Below, piece after piece: positions 1 to 11,740 of a stretch of 64,000 nucleotides of DNA (position 1 is the stretch's first letter; each line of letters starts with the position of its first letter). The DNA is from Dendrobates tinctorius (lineage: Eukaryota), in contig NW_027361723.1 of the NCBI RefSeq assembly GCF_039654945.1, forward strand, positions 2,914,001-2,978,000, in the 5' to 3' direction. Under the pieces are notes generated by a model. That model did not search any database. It worked only from the letters and a program-made list of their open reading frames with translations, and had not been told where the DNA came from. The position numbers were made by a program, and so were the translations under genes.

Positions 1-1700
1 TGTTGTTTAATAATTTGTTCAAAGATCTTTCCTGGTATAGAAGTCAGACTCACCGGCCTATAGTTGCCTGGGTCCACCTTCTTCCCCTTTTTGAAGATAG
101 GAACAACATTTGCTCTTCTCCAGTCTTCTGGCACTTCTCCTGTTCTCCAAGAATTTTCAAAGATTATGGAGAGGGGTTCAAAAATTTCTTCTGCTATCTC
201 CTTCAGTACTCTGGGGTGTAATTCATCTGGACCTGGAGACTTGAATTCATTTAGGTTAGCTAAGTGTTTCCTCACTATCTTTCTGTTTATAGATATCCTG
301 GATTCTTCTATTCCCTTAATAGGACAGTGAATAACAGTTGATGTTGCATTTCCTTTCTGAGAGAAAACAGATGCAAAATAGGAATTTAAAAGTTCAGCCT
401 TCTCAACATCCTGTCTTACCATTTCATCATTTTCATCCTGTAAAAATCCTATAGCATCTTTGACTTTTCTTTTACTTTTGACATATCCCCAAAATCCTTT
501 ATTATTGCTTTTGACATCTCTTGCAAGCCTCAGTTCATTTTCAGCTTTAGATAATCTGATTTGTGCCCTGCAGGTTCTGCAGACAGCATTATATTCTTCT
601 TTAGATATGCCTCCCTCTTTCCATTTTATAAACATTTTTTTCTTCCTTTTTAGCATGTGCTTAAGTTCTGTGTTCATCCATCCTGGTTTCCTTAAATGCT
701 TCCTATTCTTCCCTCTTTTCGGAATTGTTAACAACTGTGCTTTGAGAATTTCATTTTTCAAGATTTCCCATCCTTCCTGGACATTTTTGTCTTTAAGGAT
801 ATCCAGCCATTGGATCCCTCCAATTCTCTTTCTGAATCCCTTAAAATCTGCCTTTCTGAAATCTAACCTTGACGTCTGAGTCTTCACAGGTCTTCCACCT
901 CTAGTTATCCAAAATTCTAAAATAGCATGGTCGCTACCTCCTAGGGTCCCAGCCACTTTTACCTCCTCAACCATTTCCTCCCTGTTTATAAGGATTAGAT
1001 CCAAGGTAGCAGTTCCCCTTGTTTTCTCCCCTACCTTTTGGAAGATAAAGTTGTCAGCAAGAGAGGATAAGAATTTCCTTGACCTGTTAGTTTTGCCTGA
1101 GAGAGATTCCCAACAAATGTCTGGATAGTTGAAATCTCCCATGACAACTATGTCATATTTTTTGGAGAACTTGGCCATCTGATGCATAAAGAGTTCATCT
1201 ATATCTTCGGCTTGCACAGGCGGCCTGTAGTAAATGCCTACAATGGTGTCCTTTCCATTGTTCCGTCCTTGTATTCTTACCCAAACAGTTTCCACAGAAC
1301 TTCCAGTCTCTGAAGCTTCAATCTCTGTGCAGATATACGCGTTTCGAACATACAATGCGACACCCCCTCCTCGTTTATCAAGTCTGTTTCTTGCAAATAA
1401 GTTGTATCCTTCTAGTCTTGTATTCCAATCATGTGTATTGTCCCACCAAGTTTCAGTGATTCCAATTACATCATATTTCTTTTCCTGTGTTAGTAGTTCC
1501 AATTCTCCTTGTTTGTTGCCCATGCTTTGTGCATTAGTATAGAAACATTTTAGTTTGTGATTGGTTTCTCTTTCTCCAATATTTTTATTAATTAGATTCT
1601 TTCGTCTTTGTTCTTCCTTTCCACTTCTAATAGCAGAGTTCTCAATAGCATTTGTCAGGTGTATGGCTTTTTCTGGTCTTTTGCTTCCCTTCCCATGTTG
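1..1700 (-). CDS. CR1 ORF2 (endonuclease-reverse transcriptase), N-terminal part, truncated by window edge
   Basis: Frame overlapping the ORF1 stop reads into CFYTNAQSMGNK and the endonuclease motifs; no stop-terminated ORF in the track, consistent with running off the edge (not checked codon by codon). Confidence 0.85.
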
Positions 1701-1702
1701 TT

Positions 1703-2701
1703 CTAGTTTAAAGCTCTCCTTACAAGTGTAGCAAGGCGACTTCCAAATACATGCTTTCCAGTCTTCGTAAGGTGCACCCCATCTCTAGCAAGTAGTCCAT
1801 CGTATAAGTAGTTCACTCCGTGATCCAGAAATCCAAATCGTTGCTGACGGCACCATCGACGTAGCCAGTTGTTCACCTGCAGAATCTTATTCCACCTCCT
1901 TGTTCCATGGCCATCCACTGGGAGGATGGAAGAGAAGACCACCTGCGCTCCCAGTTCTTTCACTTTCTTGCCTAAGTCTTCAAAGTCTCTGCAGATGGTT
2001 TCCAGGTCGTTTCTTGCGGTGTCATTTGTCCCCACATGTAGTAGCAGGAATGGGTAGTCATCTGTAGGTCTGAAGAGTCCTGATATCCTGTCAGACACAT
2101 CTTTAATTTTTGCACCTGGAAGACAGCACATTTCTCTTGAAGTTATATCCGGTCTGCAGATAGCGGCCTCAGTTCCTCTCAGCAGGGAATCCCCCATGAC
2201 CACCACTCTCCGTTTCTTCTTCACAACATTTTTCTTTCTCCATCCAGGAGGACTCTGAAGGCGTACAAGGTTGCTGTTTGTTGGCAAAGTCTTATCCTGA
2301 TGTATTTCTTCATCGTTTTCCTGCGTGAGAGCCTGGTACTGGTTTCTGAGCAGTATGGGTGCTGACTGCCTCCTGATCCTCCTGCTTCTCTGGGTCACAT
2401 GTCTCCATTCCTCTGTTTCTTCAGGTGCACTTCGAATTTCTTCTCTTTCTGTAACATGAAGAGATAATTCTGCTCTGTCCAAGAACTCTTCACCTTCCTT
2501 AATGATCTTCAACGTAGCTAACCTCTCTTCGAGATTTTGCAACTTTTCCTCCAACAGGGACACAAGCTTGCATTTGTGGCATGTGAAGTTTGGCTTTTCC
2601 ACTGGTAAATCTGTGAACATGTAGCAAGAAATGCAGCTCACCAAATGGCTCCTGGCCTCTTCCATCTTGAGATTTCTTAAAAACGATGAAAGATGAGCCA
2701 A
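1703..2701 (-). CDS. CR1 ORF1 protein (Cys motif, coiled coil, SGNH esterase domain)
   Basis: 332-aa ORF: CISC..CHKC, heptad LEEKLQNLEERLATL, VVVMGDSLLRG, LHVGTND, DGVHL, terminal RALN*. Confidence 0.9.
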   Translation of the reverse strand: MAHLSSFLRNLKMEEARSHLVSCISCYMFTDLPVEKPNFTCHKCKLVSLLEEKLQNLEERLATLKIIKEGEEFLDRAELSLHVTEREEIRSAPEETEEWRHVTQRSRRIRRQSAPILLRNQYQALTQENDEEIHQDKTLPTNSNLVRLQSPPGWRKKNVVKKKRRVVVMGDSLLRGTEAAICRPDITSREMCCLPGAKIKDVSDRISGLFRPTDDYPFLLLHVGTNDTARNDLETICRDFEDLGKKVKELGAQVVFSSILPVDGHGTRRWNKILQVNNWLRRWCRQQRFGFLDHGVNYLYDGLLARDGVHLTKTGKHVFGSRLATLVRRALN

Positions 2702-2710
2702 ACTTCGCGC

Positions 2711-3265
2711 GCCAAAACCCAGTTATCGTTGAGCTCGCGGAGACTCTTCACTTATCCCAGAAGGCACTGGGAATATGCAAATGATCTCCTCAAGACTCTT
2801 CCCCTGGTTTTCCGATTTCCTCTTTTCAGCTGCAACCGCCAAAACCCAGTGATCGTTGAGCTCGCGGAGACTCTTCACTTATCCCAGAAGGCACTGGGAA
2901 TATGCAAATGATCTCCTCAAGACTCTTCCCCTGGTTTTCCGATTTCCTCTTTTCAGCTGCAACCGCCAAAACCCAGTGATCGTTGAGCTCACGGAGACTC
3001 TTCACTTATCCCAGAAGGCACTGGGAATATGCAAATGATCTCCTCAAGACTCTTCCCCTGGTTTTCCGATTTCCTCTTTTCAGCTGCAACCGCCAAAACC
3101 CAGTGATCGTTGAGCTCGCGGAGACTCTTCACTTATCCCAGAAGGCACTGGGAATATGCAAATGATCTCCTCAAGACTCTTCCCCTGGTTTTCCGATTTC
3201 CTCTTTTCAGCTGCAACCGCCAAAACCCAGTGATCGTTGAGCTCGCGGAGACTCTTCACTTATCC
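2711..3265 (-). repeat. 127-bp tandem monomers (~4.3 copies) forming the CR1 5'UTR, each with ATGCAAAT octamer
   Basis: ATGCAAAT at 2775, 2902, 3029, 3156 (exact 127-bp period), directly upstream of the ORF1 ATG. Confidence 0.9.
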
Positions 3266-6200
3266 TCTAGTCACTTTGGTCACAGCTGTGCCATCGAGCC
3301 TGTCACATAGCGCTCAGATATTCATTGGGCCTCACACAATCCAAAAGTGTCCAGTGTCCAAAAGTGTGTGCAGAGATTCAAAATCTCCCTTATCCTCTAG
3401 TCACTTTGGTCATAGCTGTGCCATCGAGCCTGTCACATAGCGCTCAGATATCAGTGGGCCTCACACAATCCAAAAGTGTCCAGTGTCCAAAAGTGTGTGC
3501 AGAGATTCAAAATCTCCCTTATCCTCTAGTCACTTTGGTCACAGATGTGCCATCGAGCCTGTGACATAGCGCTCAGATACCAGTGGGCCTCACACAATCC
3601 AAAAGTGTCCAGTGTCCAAAAGTGTGTGCAGAGATTCAAAATCTCCCTTATCCTCTAGTCACTTTGGTCACAGCTGTGCCATCGAGCCTGTCACATAGCG
3701 CTCAGATATTCATTGGGCCTCACACAATCCAAAAGTGTCCAGTGTCCAAAAGTGTGTGCAGAGATTCAAAATCTCCCTTATCCTCTAGTCACTTTGGTCA
3801 CAGCTGTGCCATCGAGCCTGTCACATAGCGCTCAGATATCAGTGGGCCTCACACAATCCAAAAGTGTCCAGTGTCCAAAAGTGTGTGCAGAGATTCAAAA
3901 TCTCCCTTATCCTCTAGTCACTTTGGTCACAGCTGTGCCATCGAGCCTGTCACATAGCGCTCAGATATTCATTGGGCCTCACACAATCCAAAAGTGTCCA
4001 GTGTCCAAAAGTGTCTGCAGAAATTAAAAATCTCCCTTATCCTCTAGTCACTTTGGTCACAGCCGTGCCATCGAGCCTGTCACATAGCGCTCAGATATTC
4101 ATTGGGCCTCACACAATCCAAAAGTGTCCAGTGTCCAAAAGTGTCTGCAGAAATTCAAAATCTCCCTTATCCTCTAGTCACTTTGGTCACAGCTGTGCCA
4201 TCGAGCCTGTCACATAGCGCTCAGATATTCATTGGGCCTCACACAATCCAAAAGTGTCCAGTGTCCAAAAGTGTGTGCAGAGATTCAAAATCTCCCTTAT
4301 CCTCTAGTCACTTTGGTCACAGCTGTGCCATCGAGCCTGTCACATAGCGCTCAGATATTCATTGGGCCTCACACAATCCAAAAGTGTCCAGTGTCCAAAA
4401 GTGTGTGCAGAGATTCAAAATCTCCCTTATCCTCTAGTCACTTTGGTCACAGCTGTGCCATCGAGCCTGTCACATAGCGCTCAGATATTCATTGGGCCTC
4501 ACACAATCCAAAAGTGTCCAGTGTCCAAAAGTGTGTGCAGAGATTCAAAATCTCCCTTATCCTCTAGTCACTTTGGTCACAGCTGTGCCATCGAGCCTGT
4601 CACATAGCGCTCAGATATTCATTGGGCCTCACACAATCCAAAAGTGTCCAGTGTCCAAAAGTGTGTGCAGAGATTCAAAATCTCCCTTATCCTCTAGTCA
4701 CTTTGGTCACAGCTGTGCCATCGAGCCTGTCACATAGCGCTCAGATATTCATTGGGCCTCACACAATCCAAAAGTGTCCAGTGTCCAAAAGTGTCTGCAG
4801 AAATTCAAAATCTCCCTTATCCTCTAGTCACTATGGTCTCAGCTGTGCCATCGAGCCTGTGACATAGCGCTCAGATATCAGTGGGCCTCACACAATCCAA
4901 AAGTGTCCAGTGTCCAAAAGTGTGTGCAGAGATTCAAAATCTCCCTTATCCTCTAGTCACTTTGGTCACAGCTGTGCCATCGAGCCTGTCACATAGCGCT
5001 CAGATATTCATTGGGCCTCACACAATCCAAAAGTGTCCAGTGTCCAAAAGTGTCTGCAGAAATTCAAAATCTCCCTTATCCTCTAGTCACTTTGGTCACA
5101 GCCGTGCCATCGAGCCTGTCACATAGCGCTCAGATATTCATTGGGCCTCACACAATCCAAAAGTGTCCAGTGTCCAAAAGTGTGTGCAGAGATTCAAAAT
5201 CTCCCTTATCCTCTAGTCACTTTTGTCACAGCTGTGCCATCGAGCCTGTGACATAGCGCTCAGATATCAGTGGGCCTCACACAATCCAAAAGTGTCCAGT
5301 GTCCAAAAGTGTGTGCAGAGATTCAAAATCTCCCTTATCCTCTAGTCACTTTGGTCACAGCTGTGCCATCGAGCCTGTCACATAGCGCTCAGATATTCAT
5401 TGGGCCTCACACAATCCAAAAGTGTCCAGTGTCCAAAAGTGTGTGCAGAGATTCAAAATCTCCCTTATCCTCTAGTCACTTTGGTCACAGCTGTGCCATC
5501 GAGCCTGTCACATAGCGCTCAGATATCAGTGGGCCTCACACAATCCAAAAGTGTCCAGTGTCCAAAAGTGTGTGCAGAGATTCAAAATCTCCCTTATCCT
5601 CTAGTCACTTTGGTCACAGCTGTGCCATCGAGCGTGTCACATAGCGCTCAGATATTCATTGGGCCTCACACAATCCAAAAGTGTCCAGTGTCCAAAAGTG
5701 TGTGCAGAGATTCAAAATCTCCTTATCCTCTAGTCACTTTGGTCACAGCTGTGCCATCGAGCCTGTGACATAGCGCTCAGATATCAGTGGGCCTCACACA
5801 ATCCAAAAGTGTCCAGTGTCCAAAAGTGTGTGCAGAGATTCAAAATCTCCCTTATCCTCTAGTCACTTTGGTCACAGCTGTGCCATCGAGCCTGTGACAT
5901 AGCGCTCAGATATCAGTGGGTCTCACACAATCCAAAAGTGTCCAGTGTCCAAAAGTGTGTGCAGAGATTCAAAATCTCCCTTATCCTCTAGTCACTTTGG
6001 TCACAGCTGTGCCATCGAGCCTGTCACATAGCGCTCAGATATTTATTGGGCCTCACACAATCCAAAAGTGTCCAGTGTCCAAAAGTGTCTGCAGAAATTC
6101 AAAATCTCCCTTATCCTCTAGTCACTATGGTCACAGCTGTGCCATCGAGCCTGTGACATAGCGCTCAGATATCAGTGGGCCTCACACAATCCAAAAGTGT

Positions 6201-7433
6201 CCAGTGTCCAAAAGTGTGTGCAGAGATTCAAAATCTCCCTTATCCTCTAGTCACTTTGGTCACAGCTGTGCCATCGAGCCTGTCACATAGCGCTCAGATA
6301 TTCATTGGGCCTCACACAATCCAAAAGTGTCCAGTGTCCAAAAGTGTCTGCAGAAATTCAAAATCTCCCTTATCCTCTAGTCACTTTGGTCACAGCTGTG
6401 CCATCGAGCCTGTCACATAGCGCTCAGATATCAGTGGGCCTCACACAATCCACAAGTGTCCAGTGTCCAAAAGTGTGCGCAGAGATTCAAAATCTCCATT
6501 ATCCTCTCGTCACTTTGGTCACAGGCAGCTGTGCCATCGAGCGTGTCACATAGCGCTCAGATATCAGTGGGCCTCACACAATCCACAAGTGTCCAAAAGT
6601 GTGCGCAGAGATTCAAAATCTCCATTATCCTCTCGTCACTTTGGTCACAGGCAGCTGTGCCATCGAGCGTGTCACATAGCGCTCAGATATCAGTGGGCCT
6701 CACACAATCCACAAGTGTCCAGTGTCCAAAAGTGTGCGCAGAGATTCAAAATCTCCATTATCCTCTTGTCACTTTGGTCACAGGCAGCTGTGCCATCGAG
6801 CGTGTCACATAGTGCTCAGATATCAGTGGGCCTCACACAATCCACAAGTGTCCAGTGTCCAAAAGTGTGCGCAGAGATTCAACATCTCCATTATCCTTTT
6901 GTGACTTTGGTCACAGGCAGCTGTGCCATCGAGCGTGTCACATAGTGCTCAGATATCAGTGGGCCTCACACAATCCACAAGTGTCCAGTGTCCAAAAGTG
7001 TGCGCAGAGATTCAAAATCTCCATTATCCTCTCGTCACTTTGGTCACAGGCAGCTGTGCCATCGAGCGTGTCACATAGCGCTCAGATATCAGTGGGCCTC
7101 ACACAATCCACAAGTGTCCAGTGTCCAAAAGTGTGCGCAGAGATTCAAAATCTCCATTATCCTCTCGTCACTTTGGTCACAGGCAGCTGTGCCATCGAGC
7201 CTGTCACATAGCGCTCAGATATCAGTGGGCCTCACACAATCCACAAGTGTCCAGTGTCCAAAAGTGTGCGCAGAGATTCAAAATCTCCATTATCCTCTCG
7301 TCACTTTGGTCACAGGCAGCTGTGCCATCGAGCCTGTCACATAGCGCTCAGATATCAGTGGGCCTTACACAATCCAAAAGTGTCCACTGTCCACAAGTGT
7401 GTGCAGAAATTCTAAATCTCCCCTGTCCTATAG
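3259..7433 (+). repeat. 129-133-bp tandem array (~32 units) upstream of the hAT-A transposase
   Basis: Unit CCTTATCCTCTAGTCACTTTGGTCACAGCTGTGCCATCGAGCCTGTCACATAGCGCTCAGAT...; a 133-bp variant (GGCAGCTG, CCACAAG) from ~6450. Confidence 0.97.
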
Positions 7434-7498
7434 ACACCTTGTACCTTGTTTTACATTACTATATAGTTTGTTGGATTTTGTCTACATTTCTACCAAAA

Positions 7499-10436
7499 AT
7501 GAGGAAGGCTGGTGGAAGAGGCCGTGGAATTGGGCGGGGGTTGGCAGCTGGTAATGATGGTGTTGGTGGTGGATCTGATGGTAGTGGCAAGAGCAAAATA
7601 GGACCGAATGCAGGAGGTGCTGACCCTGCGTCATCGTCTGGCTACATAAGGCCTCAAACGCTTAGTTTTCTAGGAGTTGGCAAACCGCTTTTAAAGGCAG
7701 AGCATCAGGAAAAAGTTTTGTCTTACATTGCTGACTCAGCCTCCAGCTCTATCGCCTCCTCTTCTTCAGTTGTAAAAAGTAAAAGCACTGAGTCATCATT
7801 GGAGGCTCATGTTCATGAACCACACCTTTCCTTGTGTCCTTCACCCCAACCAAGATTGAAGGATGACGCAGGCCATACTACTGATTACTCCATGGAGCTG
7901 TTTTCACATACCATGCCTGGATTATCAAGTGAAATGGTGAATTACCCAAGCCAAGATGAATCTGACATGGAGTGCACTGATGCACAGCCGCTGATGGATG
8001 ATTCTGCTGGTACATTCACTCAGAGCACTACATTGTCCTCGCAGTGTACAGAGCCAGATTTTGACCCTGATGAGACTCAGGTGCCCCTTCCCGCACACTA
8101 TAACACCATACACGGTGACACAGAGAAAGGTGCACATGACATAGAAGAGGAGGTGATGGATGACCCAGTTGTTGCCCCAGATTGGCATCCATTGGGGGAA
8201 GACGGTGCTGCTTCCAATAGCTCAGATGAGGAGCATCCACAGCAGACATCGACATCGCAACAGCTGTTATCTGGCAGGCCCGGAGCACTCCAAAGACAGG
8301 TTCCAAACATCAAAAGAGTTGCTGGACAGCTTGTACAGAGGGTCAAAAGATCACAGCGTGCTAGGCCGCAAAATGTCTGCCAAAGTAGGAAGAGTGCAGT
8401 GTGGCACTTTTTTGAACAAAATCCTCATGATCAGGCCAAGGTTATCTGTAAGAAGTGCGCAAAGACCTTTAGCCGAGGGAAAAATCTGAAAAATTTGAAT
8501 ACCAGTTGCATGCTTAGACATTTAACCAGCATGCACTTGCAAGCGTGGACACAACACCAAACCTCAAGTGCCACATGTGCAACTGATCACAACGAAGGTA
8601 GTCAGCAACGCTACATTGTTTCCCCCACTGTAAGCCCACCGGTTAGCACAGCAGCAAATGTTGAGGTGTCGTTGCAAGACCACAGCAGTCAGGGAATCCC
8701 ACTGTTATATCAGTCAGCAGTCGTACGAGCACTCCATCTGCAGCTGCCACTGTTGCACACGATGTGTCCCCCTATCGAGCAGCTAGTGGAAAGCTTCAGC
8801 AGGCTGTGTTGCAGATGATGTGTTTGGGCGACAGACACACCGCCGAGGTGCTGGCCGAGTACTTGAAGCGACAAACTGAGTCATGGCTGGGCAGTGTACA
8901 TCTTGAGGCAGGCAAGGTAGTTAGTGATAACGGCCGTAATTTTGTGGCAGCCATAGCCCTTTCAAAACTCAGCCACATACCTTGCTTGGCTCACACCTTG
9001 AACCTGGTGGTGCAGTGCTTCCTCAAAAATTATCCGGAGTTAACAGCCCTGCTCCAGAAGGTGCGAAGACTGTGCGCGCACATCCGCCGGTCGCCTGTAC
9101 ACTCCGTTCGTATGCAGAAGCTGCAGCGATTGCTACACCTTCCCAAACACCGCCTCATTATCGACATTGCAACAAGGTGGAACTCCACCCTGCACATGGT
9201 GGAGCGGCTGTGCGAGCAGAGGCAGGCCATAATGCATTTGTGGGAGGATACACGGCCAGGCACTTTGAGAGCAGACATGGAGTTGACAGGCGTGCAGTGG
9301 TCGAAGCTGAAAGACCTTTGTAAAGTCCTTCAGTGTTTTGAGGAATGCACACGGCTGGTAAGCGCAGACGACGCCATCCTAAGCATGAGCATCCCACTTA
9401 TGTGTCTGCTCATGCAAACTTTGACGCACCTTAAGGAGCAGGCGTCTGCAGCCAATGTTGATGAGGAGGAAGAGGAGGAGGGAATCCTTGATGACATTCA
9501 GCCATTGTCTGCTCAGGGACCTCTCCTGGACGAGGTGGAGGAAGAAGAGGAGGAGGAGGATGATGATGGGGATGATTACTTAGGGGAGGAGGATGCATCT
9601 CGTGGGGCAAGTGAAAATGTTGGCGTGGCAAGGTCTGGTACAGGGTTTGTGCGTGACTGGAGGGATGTGGATTTGCCAGAAAGTGCTCCTCCACCCAGCA
9701 CTCGCAGTGCATCATTGACACCGGGAACATTGGCCCACATGTCAGATTATGCCTTGCGGATCCTAAAAAGGGACCCCCGCATTGCCAAAATGATGAACGA
9801 TGACGACTACTGGTTGGCCAGCATCCTGGATCCACGCTATAAAGGCAAATTACAAAACATCAAGCCACAGGAGAACCTTGACCTAATATTGGCTAATAAA
9901 CAAGCAACTCTGGTAAATCGGTTGCTTGAGGCATTCCCAGCACACAGCAGCGGTGATGGTTCTCACACGAGCCGTACGGGCCGGGGCAGCTTGGCAGAGG
10001 TGTTCGTGGTGCACACAGCAGAAGTGGCGTTGTAGACAGGGGTTTCATGACAATGTTGTGGACTGATTTTTCAAATACCGCTCACACAACTGGTAATACT
10101 GCATCGATGGAAAGTGACAGGAGACAGCAGTTGTCAACTATGGTTACAAACTACTTTTCCTCCCATATCGATGTTCTCCCACACAGGTCATTCCCCTTTG
10201 ACTATTGGGCCGCTAAACTGGACACCTGGCCTGAATTGGCCCAATATGCCTTACAGGAGCTCGCTTGCCCAGCTGCAAGTGTGCTATCGGAAAGAGTCTT
10301 CAGTGCAGCTGGATCAATCCTGACAGAAAAAAGGACCCGTCTGTCAACCCAAAATGTGGATGATCTAACCTTCATTAAAATGAACCACGCATGGGTTTCC
10401 AAGGATTTTGTCCCACCCTCCCCTGATGACACATAG
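7499..10436 (+). pseudogene. hAT-A transposase pseudogene
   Basis: MRKAGGRGRG start, BED finger, VSDNGRN, CLAH, TRWNS, CPAASVLSERVFS; relative to 41774-45316 it has a ~610-bp deletion at ~8712 (removes HLTTDAW with the first catalytic Asp) and a frameshift near 9985. Confidence 0.92.
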
Positions 10437-10856
10437 GGTGACAGAAAAATGGCTTGCTTTGGTCCACCTCTTCCTGGTACTTCACCTATTTTGCATTTTG
10501 CATCAGCTGAATGTCCAACATCAACATATGCCACTTTCTAAAACTCCCTAACTGTGCTGCCTCCCCCCCATGGCCGGGGTCACCACCTACCGCACGACAC
10601 CGTGCGAGTGCCGTTGCCCTGGACAGGTGGGTAGGCCGACACTTGGGCGCGGGCACTGGCACAGGGTCCCTCATAGTGCAATCAAGTGTCTCTGACGGTG
10701 GTGGTGCACACCCGCCGTCAGACACACCGCTGTACTATGAGGGACCCAGTGCCAGTACCGACGCCCACGAGTGGGCCCCCCTTGCTTGGGCAGGGCCCCA
10801 GCATTTGCAATCTTTACCTCTCCCTGCTCCTCCGCTGTGTAATCTGGGCCGTCAAA

Positions 10857-11740
10857 TCCATACTGTGCCTGACACCGTCTGAGCCTGCCTCCTGAGACAT
10901 ATATTTTGAATGTGTACGCTATCCATACATGTTATCCGGGGATACGGTACCCTTTCTAACCTTTGTGCAATAACGTGCAATCCATACTGTGCCTGACACC
11001 GTCTGAGCCTTCCTCCTGAGACATATATTTTGAATGTATACGCTATCCATACATGTTATCCGGGGATACGGTACCCTTTCTAACCTTTGTGCAATCACGT
11101 GCAATCCATACTGTGCCTGACACCGTCTGAGCCTGCCTCCTGAGACATATATTTTGAATGTGTACGCTATCCATACATGTTATCCAGGGATACGGTACCC
11201 TTTCTAACCTTTGTGCAATCACGTGCAATCCATACTGTGCCTGCCACCGTCTGAGCCTGCCTCCTGAGACATATATTTTGAATGTGTACACTATGCTATC
11301 CATACATGTTATCTGGGGATACGGTACCCTTTCTCACCTTTGTGCAATCACGTGCAATCCATACTGGGCCTAACACCGTCTGAGCCTGCCTCCTGAGACA
11401 TATATTTTAAATGTGTACACTATCCATACATGTTATCCGGGGATACGGTACCCTTTCTAACCTTTGTGCAATCACGTGCAATTCATACTGGGCCTAACAC
11501 CGTCTGAGCCTGCCTCCTGAGACATATATTTTGAATGTGTACGCTATCCATACATGTTATCCGGGGATACGGTACCCTTTCTAACCTTTGTGCAATCACG
11601 TGCAATCCATACTGTGCCTGACACCGTCTGAGCCTGCCTCCTGAGACATATATTTTGAATGTGTACGCTATCCATACATGTTATCCAGGGATACGGTACC
11701 CTTTCTAACCTTTGTGCAATCACGTGCAATCCATACTGGG
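10857..11740 (+). repeat. 124-bp tandem array (~7 units) in the hAT-A 3' region
   Basis: Unit AATCCATACTGTGCCTGACACCGTCTGAGCCTGCCTCCTGAGACATATATTTTGAATG...; same array at 24057-24465 and 40338-41352. Confidence 0.95.

Larger units (their letters stand above)
1..3265 (-). mobile_element. CR1-clade LINE, 5' part (5'UTR monomers, ORF1, N-terminal ORF2); runs off window start
   Basis: ORF1 with GDSL/SGNH esterase motifs; ORF2 frame reads KLKCFYTNAQSMGNKQGELELL (APE endonuclease start); region 1-830 is the near-identical reverse complement of the CR1 copy at 50468-51300. Confidence 0.93.

Noticed and set aside
2693-7344. Dozens of short near-identical ORFs; superficial CRISPR-like periodicity
   Set aside because: Translations of 127/130-bp tandem units; no unique spacers, no cas genes, eukaryotic context.
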